Part shown: in pieces, positions 38,341-50,399 of the stretch
How the letters are laid out: every line of letters begins with the position of its first letter
Numbering within the stretch: the first letter of the stretch is position 1
From: Podarcis erhardii
Taxonomy: Eukaryota
Length of the DNA: 64,000 bases
NCBI GenBank assembly: GCA_964252035.1
Contig: OZ176208.1
Strand: one strand, 5' to 3'
Program-made: the position numbers and the translations under genes
Notes under the pieces: generated by a model
Told to the model about the DNA's origin: nothing
The model's input: the letters and a program-made list of their open reading frames with translations, nothing else
The model's database searches: none

Positions 38341-39409
38341 ACAAGATGATGTGCCATTTGACAGTTCTTGCACTGAATAAGTGAGGTGTCAGAACTGATA
38401 GTTCTATGCCCAGGAATGTGTTCACACTATTTTTATTTATTTTTTACTCCAGAGAAAACAACCATTAACACATTACTTAAAGCAAAGTAAGAGAATTTTA
38501 CTCCTGTTGGAAATGGGGCACCTAACTCCCGTATGGCTTGTGATGGTAGCAGAGTTCTTACATTCCTGTTTTGTTGTGTGCACACTTCCTTCTTAGTCTC
38601 AGGTTGAGGAATTGGAACTGGAAATGCCAAAAGGCAACAGATAACGAGCAAAAGGCCCAGACAGAGAGTAGTCAGATCTAGTACCAAGTGGGAAATGGCA
38701 GTAAGTTAAAGAAAGCACAAGTAAAAAAAAAAGCTGTAACTTCTTTTAAAAGTGGAAAAACTTCTGCAGATAGAAGGTGAGTAACATAATGTATGAAAGA
38801 AAAATAACTATTTTCATGAAGAAAATTGTAACTGTACAACTGCTCCATTAGTTTCCTATCTACCAGCCATCCAGCCCCTGTCTCTTATCAGCACCAGGGT
38901 ACAGAGATCCAGCAGTTACCTTTCTCTTTTAGCCCCACTGACTGAAGTAGCACCCACACCCCAGCCAGAATTTTGAACCAGCAGTTTGTAGGTCTACACA
39001 TATGCATCACTGCTCACATATATCAGGCAATTTCAGAGACAAAAACAGATACCTTGGGGCCAAACTATACATTACATTTCTGTTACTTCTTCTTTAGTTA
39101 CAGCCACAGGGATCCAGTTGTCATTAGAACCATAACATGCAAGGAGATGAGATTGGTCCTTTCTCTCTCATTGGAGAAAGATCTCCCCACATTCTGGGCA
39201 TGTCTATTAGATTCAGAAGGGGGGAATCTCCATTAGCGTCCAGTAGAACTTTTAAACAGCTAAACTTCATGCCTGTGTGGGAGGGCGCTTTTCAGCCAAA
39301 TCACATCTGGGGAGGGAAGGAATAAACCTCTTTATGCACTGTGATCCCAGTGGCAGTCCTCCTCCACTAATATATAAATATATCAGAAAAATGCCATTTT
39401 AACATTGGA

Positions 39410-39772
39410 CACATGGCTGGAAACATTGCTGTCATGGAAAAATTGTCAAAACAACTTAAAGCTTGAAGAAACACGAAAGCCAGAGATGATTTTGAAGAAA
39501 TTTCGTACATGTTTGTTCAGTACATTAGGAAAGATAGCATAATGACAAAGCCACAAGCAACCCATGGCACTCTGGAACAATCTGCTAAGAAAATATCATA
39601 ATATCCAATTATAATCATTTAAGAATAAATATATGGGCTATATTATACTTGCCTTATACTAATATATACACAGATAATACTTTGGGGGAAGGGGAGATGG
39701 GAATTAAGTTATGTGTATTTGTACTTTTGTATTATATAAATGCAAAGAAAGAGTCTAAAAAAAAATTTGTGA
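39410..39772 (+). mobile_element. Old L1-like 3' fragment
   Basis: Decayed ..NIAVMEKL...DDFEEI..MFVQY motif resembling the L1 ORF2 extreme C-terminus, ending in an A-run. Confidence 0.35.
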
Positions 39773-40246
39773 GCACATAATTCACTGGAGGAACTACAAA
39801 TGGCTTCCACTAAAGAGGATTAAGTATTACACAAATGGCTTCAGTAAAAGAGACTGAAAAGCTACATATTTCAGACATGCTAAAAATGCAAATGTGCAAT
39901 ACTGCTGACAAATGTAAGATTAAGCTTTGCATACCTTATTAAAGAATATTCAGAAAAGAATGGAGAGTAAAATAGCCCACAGATTATATGCAAGTTTATT
40001 GGCCGAAAGATTGCTTGGAATAAATTCTGGAAAGCAAGACTTGCACTTTTATTTTTATATTTTATTCAACTGAAATTATGCTCAGCCAGTGCCATTGGTG
40101 GCAATACATCTGTAAGCATCATTCATTGACATGCCATGGCTGTTATAATGGTCAACTTATTCTGCCCATCAAGAGTCTCTTCATTGTTGCAACACCCCCC
40201 ACACACACCTTGAACAGTATCAACTTTCGTGGCACATGTCCACCCA

Positions 40247-40711
40247 TTTTGTTGTTGTTTAGTCGTGTCCGACTCTTTGTGACCCCATGGACCAGAGCAC
40301 GCCAGGCCCTCCTGTCTTCCACTGCCTCCCACAGTTTGGTCAAACTCATGCTGGTAGCTTCGAGAACACTGTCCAACCATCTCGTCCTCTGTCGTCCCCT
40401 TCTCCCTGTGCCCTCAATCTTTCCCAACATCAGGGTCTTTTCCAGGGAGTCTTCTCTTCTCATGAGGTGGCCAAAATATTGGAGCCTCAGCTTCAGGATC
40501 TGTCCTTCCAGTGAGCACTCAGGGCTGATTTCCTTCAGAATGGATAGGTTTGATCTTCTTGAAGTCCATGGGACTCTCGAGTCTCCTCCAGCACCAATTC
40601 TTTGGCAATCAGCCTTCTTGATGGTCCAGCTCTCACTTCCATACATCACTACTGGGAAAACCATAGCTTTAACTATACCGATCTTTGTTGACAATGTGAT
40701 GTCTCTGCTTT
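40247..40711 (-). mobile_element. BovB (RTE-clade LINE) 3' fragment
   Basis: Minus-strand peptide VKAMVFPVVMYGSESWTIKKAD...CSLEGQILKLRLQYFGHLMRREDSLEKTLMLGKIEG...RWLD...WRALVHGVTKSRTRL, then a (CAA)n tail. Confidence 0.93.
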
Positions 40712-40872
40712 GGTCATAAATGTTTTCTTTATCAAAAGTTGGAAATTTCCCTCCAACTTTCTAGCAGAGCTATGTTTGAAAGAGCAGATTGCAGTTGGTA
40801 CACATCACAAACTGAATCTTTCCTACTAAAGAGAATAAAGATTCCTGTGGAATTTTTGGTGTGTTTTTTGAC

Positions 40873-41047
40873 GTGTAGTGGTCAGAGTGCTGGACCAAAA
40901 CCTGAGAGACCAGAGTTCATCTCCACTCAGCCGTGAACCTTGGGCCAGTCACTATCTCTATTGCCTAACCTGGCTCATATGATTGTTGTGAGGATAATGT
41001 CAGGTGAACCATGTATAGGTGGAATCTAAATGTAATAAATAAATAAA
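40873..41047 (+). mobile_element. Degraded MIR/Squam3-like SINE
   Basis: gtgtagtggtcagagtgctggac head, gaaccttgggccagtcac core, aataaataaataaa tail. Confidence 0.55.
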
Positions 41048-43992
41048 CTGTCCCATTCTTTCTCCTGCAATCCCTCAGCTGCATCTGATGAACTCAATGC
41101 AGATTTTAAAAACCACCACTGACTTATTCCTCTTGTTTGCTTTGGAATAAAAAAATGAAATTTCCTTGGCCTAATGTTCAGAGAATATCGATTTCCAAGT
41201 CCTGTTGTCAACATTTATTGCTTGCCAGCTTTCATTCTGAAACTGAGATCTGCTAATAGGGAGTCTTCTCTTGACAGCTTTCTTTCAATCTGTGCCATTA
41301 GTCTTTGCTGCAACCATTTTCCTTTATTCCTGTGCCATGAGTTCTTCTATTAAAGTAGCCCTTCCTGCCTGGATCAAAATAGAAAACATTAACAGTTAAT
41401 ATATCTTTGGCTGTATGATATGTAGAAATGATGTGAAACATCAACTTGCTTATAATTTATATCTGTTTGGCCATTGGCTCTCACATATTCAGTATTCTGC
41501 GTCTTCTTGGGCAGAGTGCTCAAAGCTTAATGTCCGGTGTAGTATTGCATGTTTGACATTTGAAGTATGGAGGTTTTCCTCTCTTCTTCTAAAGCCATTT
41601 GTTGCAAACATTTGCCCTCTTTAGCTTGGCCTTTGTCATTCCCTCTGCTCAGTATAACGTTCACTGATATATAATGCATAGCAATAGCTATGATAATTAC
41701 ATCATGGGTTGCTAACGGCAGCACGCATCCACAAGAACTTTCCTTGCTATCCACAGGGTCCCATCCCTCTGCTTCTTCCTCCACTGCAATGAGGCTTGGG
41801 GAGAATACCCCTTGTTTAGCCAACAGAAGGCTTTTAAAAGCCTAATTATACTGCAAGGAACAATTTAGAGAGGGGTTGCATGTGTGGTGCCCACAATAGT
41901 TTTTCTGGATTGCAAATGTGGCCACGGTCCCAAAAAAGATTGGTAACCCCTGTTTCAGGTCATTCTTGCCAATATCTTTATCATGTGGTATTTTAGTTCT
42001 GTCAGCAGCCTATTTTAATTATTTAAATATGTGTTTCATTTGTTTTCTGCACTGGTTTGCTTTCCTTTTGACAGAGAGCACCCAAGCTCATGTCAAATTG
42101 GTTACAGCTCTAGAATTTTATGGCAGAGGAAGCTGTATAGTCTCATCTCAGAATAAAACACAAAAGGCAAAAGGCAGGTGTCACTCAGTGGACCATAACA
42201 TGAGGAAAAAGTAGTTTCTCTGTTTGCTAGGAAGAAAATATCACTTCTAGTTGCAGTGGCAAAGAGCAGTCCACAGGCATTATGGGAAGAAAAGGATGAT
42301 GACTTCTGCCAGCCACTTAGAAGAGCTTTACTACTGCTGCCACTATCACAAGCAACAGCAAAACTTCGTCTTCTTTCAAGTTAAAAAAAGGAATCCACCG
42401 CTGCTACCCACCATAGTAAATAACCCTCTTCCACATAAACCAGTCAAAAAAAAAACCCTGCTCCTCTCCAAATTGACAAAATGCCCTTTAAAATTCACCT
42501 TAGATTAAAAGGTCAGCTTGGAATGTCATTGACACTTATACAATGTAGATCCAGTGAAAGGAAGTTCCAGAGCTCTGGAGCCACTACCAAGAAGGCTCTT
42601 CCACATGCTGCTACACTATGAGCCTCCACAAGTAGTGGAATAGCTAACACAGCCTCCCCAAGTGAATACAGCTCCTCCTATAGGAAGAGTCCCTGATCAC
42701 TTAGAAGTTGCACTGTTGGAATTATGTTTCCTTTGTATAGGCTGCATGGGATGGGAGAATGTTTAGATGACCCAACCATTTGAGTTGGTCCTGATCACTG
42801 GAGCTTTCCCCACTCAAGCGACACATGGAATGAGGAGAAAGGGAACTGCCCTGGATAAATGTCTAAACACTGTAAAAATGAGAAAGTATTCTACTTTCTC
42901 TTACATGGTGATCATATTTTTAAAACTTAAGTGTATTCCAAAAGTATCACAAATATTTAATCCGTTATTGTCCACCCTCATTTTCCATCTTAAACTGAAT
43001 TTCTAATTCCCAAAAGTATTAAACATCTGCTGACTCAAAAGTTGAAGTTTCCAGCAAAAATATTCAGGGAGGCAAGGAGTGTGTCAGCATTTAATTTAAA
43101 TGATGAACAATCAATATGAAAGTACATTTAGTAGGTGGAAAGTATTTAGTAGGTGGCATGGGTTTGTGTTCATCGCTAATCCTTCTTGCAGTGGATCCAC
43201 TAAAATTAATGAACATGACAAACTGGATCCATTCATTTAAATAGGTCTTCTATGAATCAAACATCATTTGGATGCACCTAGTGTTATTTTAATAATAAAT
43301 GGTTTTATTCTTAAATGCTTCATGAGAGCAAAATTGAGGAGCAAACTATCATGGCCATCCTGCCAGATCTATTTTACACTAGCTCACATTCTTTGATATA
43401 TATTAAAAGCGCACAAGAAATATTTTCCTCCCTCTTGCCTTTCCCCTCCATTCTGTGCAAGCTGTGAGAGAAATGGTGCCAAAGATAAAATGCTGCATTA
43501 CAAGATAATAGTTGGCGAGCATGTCATGATCAAGAGCTACATTAAATGTTCATTTTGTTATCTCCCTTCTGAGGAGCTGTATGAAGGACATGTTTCACAT
43601 TTGCAAACGATGGACGTGATCCAGCCAGAGTGCACCACTTTTCAGCCCCACTCATTGTGGTGGCTGAAATTTGTGCCGACTAAATAGTGCTACTTAAGAG
43701 GACTCTGGAAGGCCCTGGCTCAGCACTGCATAGTGGAATACGGCCACCACATACACCCCTCAGTAAGGGTGTCATCAGCATTTGACCAAGGCCTCTTGGG
43801 TAGGTAAACAGCTCTGGTGAAATTATAAAACATAGCCTCCCAATGTGCAGTTGGAATCACATCTTTCTCTTTCCCTGCTAAGTATGGACTGTTTTGCCTC
43901 CATATTGTGCTACAGAAGCAAAGCTGTGCATCCCAGGGAGAGGTGATGGCAGCCTTCTCCACACTGCATGGCTTCTCTCCTGCTGCTCAGTA

Positions 43993-44234
43993 CAGTGGTA
44001 CCTCGGGTTACATACACTTCAGGTTACATACGCTTCAAGTTACAGACTCCGCTAACCCAGAAATAGTGCTTCAGGTTAAGAACTTTGCTTCAGGATAAGA
44101 ACAGAAATCAGGCTTCTGCGGTGCGGTGGCAGCAGGAGGCCCCATTAACTAAAGTGGTGCTTCATGTTAGGAACAGTTTCAGGTTAAGAACGGACCTCCG
44201 GAACGAATTAAGTACTTAACCCGAGGTACCACTG
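43993..44234 (+). mobile_element. Family A Tc1/mariner MITE, 242 bp
   Basis: Perfect TIRs cagtggtacctcgggtta / taacccgaggtaccactg; TA TSD. Confidence 0.93.
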
Positions 44235-45630
44235 TACAGGGTGGAAGGTGCCTTTCTTCCAGGATGAGCAGAAGGAGAAAGCGTTTCCAGGGCATGAAGG
44301 CTGCCCCCAGCACTACAGCCTTCCCACCCGAGTAGGAGACCTTTGGGAGGTGTTAGGCCTGTCAGCGTGGCCCCAAGATGTTAAACCCCATATATTGCAC
44401 TAACATAATAAGGGCAATTAAACCAAAAATATATAACATGATTTAATTAGCAGGAAAAAAAATCAAGAAATTCAAAAACATAATGAAATGTATCTACAAA
44501 AACATAACTAGGGGTTTTTTTTAACCATGAACTGAAGGTCCTTCTGTAAACAGAGCAATGTTAACATCCAAGTCTACATATCCAGTACACAGAGATATAG
44601 TAAATGCAAGAAACTCAGTGGAGCCCATTTGGAAAAGGAAGTGCCCCACATGTGTATTGGGTCACATGACAGGATTCTTCAGCAGCTCCTATATATTTTT
44701 ATCAGTTCACTGTCTTCTTTACACTGAGTGGCTCTAACAATGAAGTGGAGTGACTCTGTATTTGGTAATTGCTTAAACAAAAAGTGGGGATAGGGGTGAT
44801 CAGCCAACTAGCAGTTTGGCCTAAGTTGATAGCCTTATTATAGTCCATTACATGGTTTAAAAAAGGAAATAACTGCAGCGACAGCTCTTAAAATAAACTG
44901 CTTTTTTTGGAAACTCAATCTTGGGTATATCTATATTTCTTAACTGCTTCCCCCCTTTCCAAATCCTTGCTTCTCCTTTCTGAAAACTGGAATGGTGCCT
45001 TGGAAAAACAAACAAACAAAAAAGCAAATGGAAACAGATGGGTGAAGAATGATTCACATTCCAGACTTTCAGATGCAAAAAATATGTGAAATAATTTTTT
45101 ACCCTAATTCTCCAGGCAGATGGCTTCACTCATGCAGGGATGGTGTGAAGTCAGTACGTACTTAGGTTGGGAGAAAGTGGATGAAGTGCTAAAGTGCCAA
45201 AGTCATTTTTCTTAGCTTAGAAAAGTATTCATTTAGCAATAAAATGTAGTGGGGAAATGCATTTTCAAATGTTGCAGAGTACGGAACATTTTCAGGTATT
45301 TGGCCAAGGAATGCAGTCTGGGATTCTGCCAGGGATATACCTCTTGCAACATAATGGCAAGGCCTTTTAACAACATCCTGCAACTTCTTTTGCATAGACC
45401 TTCCTGCTCACCTTCATGGTGTGGCCTGGGAAAGGGATGCAGACTGGACAGCTGTGCCTCTAGTTCCTGGGTTTGGTTGCCCTAGAGATTGCAATTTGCT
45501 TCAGTTTCAAGTTGGATCCCACATTGATAGTGTTTCTCTCCGCAGCGGTTTTATGGGTTTTAATCTCAAATTTAATGGTTTTAGTTCAACCCAGCCTCTG
45601 TGCCTACCTCTTTATTTGGCCACCAGGTTG

Positions 45631-46083
45631 TGTCAGGAGCTCATCCTACACTCGAGTAGGACCCTGGCAGAGACACATGCCCAACTGGCATGTTCTCTCC
45701 CTCCTGGTCAATCGTTCGGGAGCTTCAAAAGCTTTCTTCAGCCTGAACATCACAGCGACCGATGCCAACAGACATCAGGACACTTAGGGATCCGCAGAGT
45801 TTCCGCAGCTTGCATAACAAACCTCAGCAACTCAGCATTTTGGCTAATCTACTTTATTTACATAGAAACACACACAGAGCACTACAACATGGGTCCCTCT
45901 CTCTCAAGCATCAGAAAGCCAAAAAAAAACAACCAACGACAAAGGACAATAGTCCCACTTCACGGAACACAGTAACACAAACATCCTGTCTCTGTCACTT
46001 CCCACTCTGTGGAGTCAAAACATACACTGTCATGTGATAGACAAAAATCCCATGACTGCAATCATGGAGCAGGAATTCTAACA
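45631..46083 (-). mobile_element. Solo LTR (453 bp)
   Basis: TG...CA termini (tgtcagga...ttctaaca); 5-bp TSD ggttg at 45626-45630 and 46084-46088; AATAAA on minus strand (tttatt ~45853) sets the orientation. Confidence 0.8.
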
Positions 46084-46089
46084 GGTTGC

Positions 46090-46430
46090 AAGACCTGCTG
46101 GATCAGGCCAAAGGCCCATCTTAACCCAGCAATATTTTCTTAGTGGCCATCTTGATGCCCATGGGAAGTCAGGACCTGAGCACAACAGCACCACCATCTC
46201 CTCCTGTGGTTTCCAGCAACTGGCATTCAGAAGCATTGCTGCCTCTCACAGTGGTGGTGGAACATCACCATTAGGGATAGTAGCCATTGATAGCTTTATC
46301 CTCCAGGAATCTAACTAATCTGCATTTAAAGCCATGCAAGTTGGTGGTCATCGTTGCCACTTTTGGGAGCAAATTCCGTGCACTGTATGAAGAAGTACTT
46401 GCTTTTGTCTTGCAAGCCAAACTGAATTCA
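46090..46430 (-). mobile_element. CR1 LINE 3' fragment
   Basis: ctgctggatcaggccaaaggcccatct...tagccattgatagc...aaagccatgcaagttggtgg...gaagaagtact, the reverse complement of the squamate CR1 3' end. Confidence 0.7.
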
Positions 46431-47145
46431 GTAGGAATTACTTCTAAATCAGCCTGTTTAGGATTGTGCTGTAAGCAACACACAGACAATAATGAACCTG
46501 CTCTGATACCACCCATAATATAACCCTGTTCTTGCAAGAGCACTCATGCATTCATTGAGCATGTTTGTGATTCCAACAACTGGTATTCAGAGGTATACTG
46601 CTATCTTAGTTGGTGACCATTGCTGGATCTTGTGGGATGTACTTTAAGTATGTTTTGTGTGAGGAACCGTTTTTGTCTGTCCTGAATCGTCAAAAAAAAG
46701 TGCTTCTACTTGCACAAGTCAGGACACCTATTTTTTGTTGATCCCTCCTATCCACCTAAGCCCCTGCCCACCTTTTTTTAAAAAATGCCCCACTCCCAAA
46801 GGTTGCCAGGCTCTCTGGAATATTATGTAGTATGAAATAGGTAGCAGGGGATCAGCAAAAATCAGCTACAACTGATTCTTCTGTCATTGGTTCCTGTTCC
46901 AACAGATTGAACATCTATAACAATGTGAGATAATTAGATACCTTTTAATCCATCCTGCATCTGGTGTTTTGTCGATACCAATTACTCCCCGTATTAGTGA
47001 CCTCTTTGAATCCAATATTGCATTTACGTAGCTCTTCTCTGTTTCATTTAAAATGATCTTGGGCCATCAAACTATTACAGAGCCATGCAAGAACATCTGT
47101 GTGAAGGTGTGCTCTTTAGTAAAGAGTGATATATTACATTTTTAG

Positions 47146-47217
47146 CGCCGTCTGGGAGATGCTGCAAAGAAAGCAATCAGCAAACTGCAGGTCAGAACAA
47201 TAAGGAAAGGAGATAAG
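47146..47217 (+). CDS. RNF150: RNF150 coding exon 3
   Basis: tttag|CGC...AAG|gtaatt; 72 bp; RRLGDAAKKAISKLQVRTIRKGDK. Confidence 0.95.
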
Positions 47218-47739
47218 GTAATTTTTTTTCTTAAGTCTTTGTTTTAACCAAGCAAGGTGGGGGGTGGGGAATGCAGTTATTGTGCCGTGGGCAATAAAAT
47301 AAACTAAACCAGAAACCTTTGTGTGGGCTACTTTCTTCCACAAAAGGGCCTGGTGAGGACTGAGGAGAGTGCTGTCTGGAAGGCACACACTGGTTGCTCA
47401 TACCTCCAGCAACCTGCTACATTGACTCCCCATATGGAGGAAGGGTTGAAACTGGACTCTGTTATGTGCTTCAGCAGTGGTACCAACATGGTTCCCTCCA
47501 AATATTGCTAGACTCCAGCTCCTGTCATTTCTGACCATTAACCATGGCTGGCTGGGGTTCTGAGTGCCACAGATTCTCCATTCCTGAATTACAGGGATCC
47601 CTTTGCAAATGGACACTGTAACCAATTGGACTAAACCAAACTCTCAGAATCTGGAAGGACTTGGGGATGCTATTAAATGTCAATGTATTTCAGTCCGCCA
47701 TGCTTTTCGTTGAAAATGTCGATCTCAATGTTTCTGTAG

Positions 47740-47822
47740 GAAACTGAACCCGATTTCGATAACTGTGCAGTGTGTATTGAGGGTTACAAACCGAACGACG
47801 TTGTCAGGATCTTGCCCTGCCG
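47740..47822 (+). CDS. RNF150: RNF150 coding exon 4 (N-half of RING-H2)
   Basis: ctgtag|GAA...TGC CG|gtgagt; 83 bp; ETEPDFDNCAVCIEGYKPNDVVRILPC(R). Confidence 0.95.
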
Positions 47823-48959
47823 GTGAGTTGATATAACCATCCAATTAGAGAGATACAATTAATAAAGTAATTGATTTTTGTGGTGTTCTTCACAGGCCAA
47901 TAATATGTCCTTGTCATTTGCTAACAGTGCAATATGCTTTAACCCCCCCCCCAAAAAAAACTCCAATTAAAGCTAAAACAATAACAGTGGCTGGGGGGGG
48001 GCTACAGAAACAGCATTGGTGTTTGAAATTTGGTTGCCAGAAATTTATCTGATTGGGATTTTTTTTAACTTACTGGATCACCTTAAAGTAGAAGCAATTT
48101 AACTGCAGTTTTCCTTAGATATATCATATATATAGCAGTGGTGTCATATACATTCCCCCTTTTCAGCTACCTCAGTGCACATGCTGCTAGTATTTTTGGA
48201 AAGCCCACATGAAAAATCCAATTTGGAACAGATGATTTAGATCCAAAGGTTGCTTTGCTCTGATGGAAGAAGTCTTCCTTTCTCAGGGGAATAGAACCTT
48301 TGGACCCAATCTAATGTAATATGTTCCTTTTATGATCAGTGGGCGGGGGGGGGGGGGGTGAGTAAACCAAAACCAGTAAATAAATAGATGTGACAGACTG
48401 CATGCATCTTTTTCCAAGCAAAGAAGCAAACCTCTTTGGGAATCAATGCCCATTACTCCAATTCTCATCCTACGCAGGTTGATAGGTTCTGTGTTCACCG
48501 ATCAAATTGTATGCTGTCAGTTCTCTTTCTGCAGTTGCAGATCTTGCGTTTTGCAGTATCTCCAGTCATGAATGCAGAGGTGAAACACAATAAATAGCTT
48601 TTTTCTTATTTATGCTACTTTTCACAGTACCAAGGATGATAAATCTGCTGTCAGCAGATAAATGTTTCTTAGGGTCTGGTTTTTAATATGGAAAATTGCT
48701 TCCATTTTATTTTATCTTCTGAAGTTTTTATTTAGAGAGCTTTTTTCTGCTAATTTTACATATGAAATTGCAAGCTAGGTTCCATCCACTACAATTTATT
48801 AACTACAAAGCACTTCTGTTTTTCAGTACAGGTCTTCTTTCATCAGGTTTTTCTTGACAAAAGTATTTTCCACACAGATATATCTTCAGCTGTATAGTCC
48901 TTACGCTGCAAGACACTTCTGGGCTTTTTCAAAACAGATGGTATCAACTGCAACTTTGA

Positions 48960-49121
<162 letters not shown>

Positions 49122-49284
49122 TAATGTGGTAGAACACGGAACATGGTATTTTCATTAATCCTGATTCCACTTTTTTAAAAAGTGAATAAGCAAGTATCAT
49201 CCTAGTGAGCATTATATTTCTATCCTGAAGATTTTGGGTCCCCTAAAGCCATTTCCTCACCGATGCTAATAAGACAGTATAAAC

Positions 49285-49287
<3 letters not shown>

Positions 49288-49329
<42 letters not shown>
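49288..49329. repeat. (AC)n microsatellite
   Basis: Direct sequence. Confidence 0.95.
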
Positions 49330-49330
<1 letters not shown>

Positions 49331-49809
49331 GAGTGACATTTTCAGCATGAACCATAATATTTAATGTATGGATAAAACCTGAAGCTCAAAACTTCCCAAA
49401 TCAGATAAACACACAACCCCTAAAACAAAACACAAGGCAACAAAATAAGCAACCCTCCCCAAAACTGACAACCCCTACAACAAAATACCCCCTAAATTAA
49501 AGAATACTCACACATTTTTAAGTGAAAAATTAAGTGAAAATTGTGAGGAACAGAGTGTGTCTGAGGGTAGCATGGCACCCCCCAGTACCACAATGGGGAT
49601 CCCAGCAGTAACCCCATAAATTAGCAAAGCGTCTAGTAGATATCATCCATTAAGACACCTGAAGGGTTACGAAGAAAACGTCTAAATTAAGTATTAACTC
49701 CATATACCAAGTATGCATCAGTTCTGAAAAAAAGGCACATGATGTCGTATGCCTCCAATTTGGATAAACATTTCTGTGAGGATATGTCCAAGATAAGATT
49801 ACTGATTTA

Positions 49810-49895
49810 GGCTGCAGCATAACCCCAGTTACCTTGCGTTAAGCATCATTGAATTCACTGGCACTTACTTCTGAGTAGACATGGTTAGGCTTATG
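49810..49895. repeat. ~90-bp palindromic squamate interspersed repeat (degraded)
   Basis: ggctgcag...aagcatcattgaattcactggcacttacttctgagtagacatggttagg; related decayed copies near 4060, 7120, 7485, 25809, 55716. Confidence 0.5.
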
Positions 49896-50188
49896 ATGTT
49901 AGAGGCGTTGGTGTTTTGGTGCCATCAACAAATATCTAACATAACAATCTAGGTATGGATAGTCTCTAAATGACCATTTGCTTTCAGAAGAATTTGCAAA
50001 CTAATAAAGACTATCCTGTAAAGAGAAGCCAAAATGCATGTTTTGAAATCCATGACAAGGTAATATTTGGAACTACAATGAACTATAGAACTAAATGAAC
50101 TATTTCTTCCTGTAATCCAGACACACATATTTCCTTTCAGAATCTCTCTCCCCATTTCCATTAGACTCTTCTTTCTTGTTTTCATTAG

Positions 50189-50399
50189 CCCAATGCAGAT
50201 TGTGTAGATGACATACCTCCAGATTTTGAAGCTTCTATAGGAGGGCCACCAACTAATCAGATTACAGGAGCAAGCGATATAACTGTGAATGAAAGCTCTG
50301 TAGCACTGGATCCTCCTGTCCGGACAGTTGGAGTACTACAAGTCATCCAGGATGCAGACCCTCTTCCACAGACTGGGGAAAATAACCTCAACACAAGCA
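50189..50399 (+). CDS. RNF150: RNF150 coding exon 6
   Basis: cattag|CCC AAT...AGC A|gtaagt; 211 bp; PNADCVDDIPPDFEASIGGPPTNQITGASDITVNESSVALDPPVRTVGVLQVIQDADPLPQTGENNLNTS(S). Confidence 0.93.

Noticed and set aside
40078-40719. 213-aa plus-strand ORF
   Set aside because: Antisense shadow of the BovB fragment
45421-45975. 184-aa ORF
   Set aside because: Straddles the solo-LTR boundary, no domain motifs
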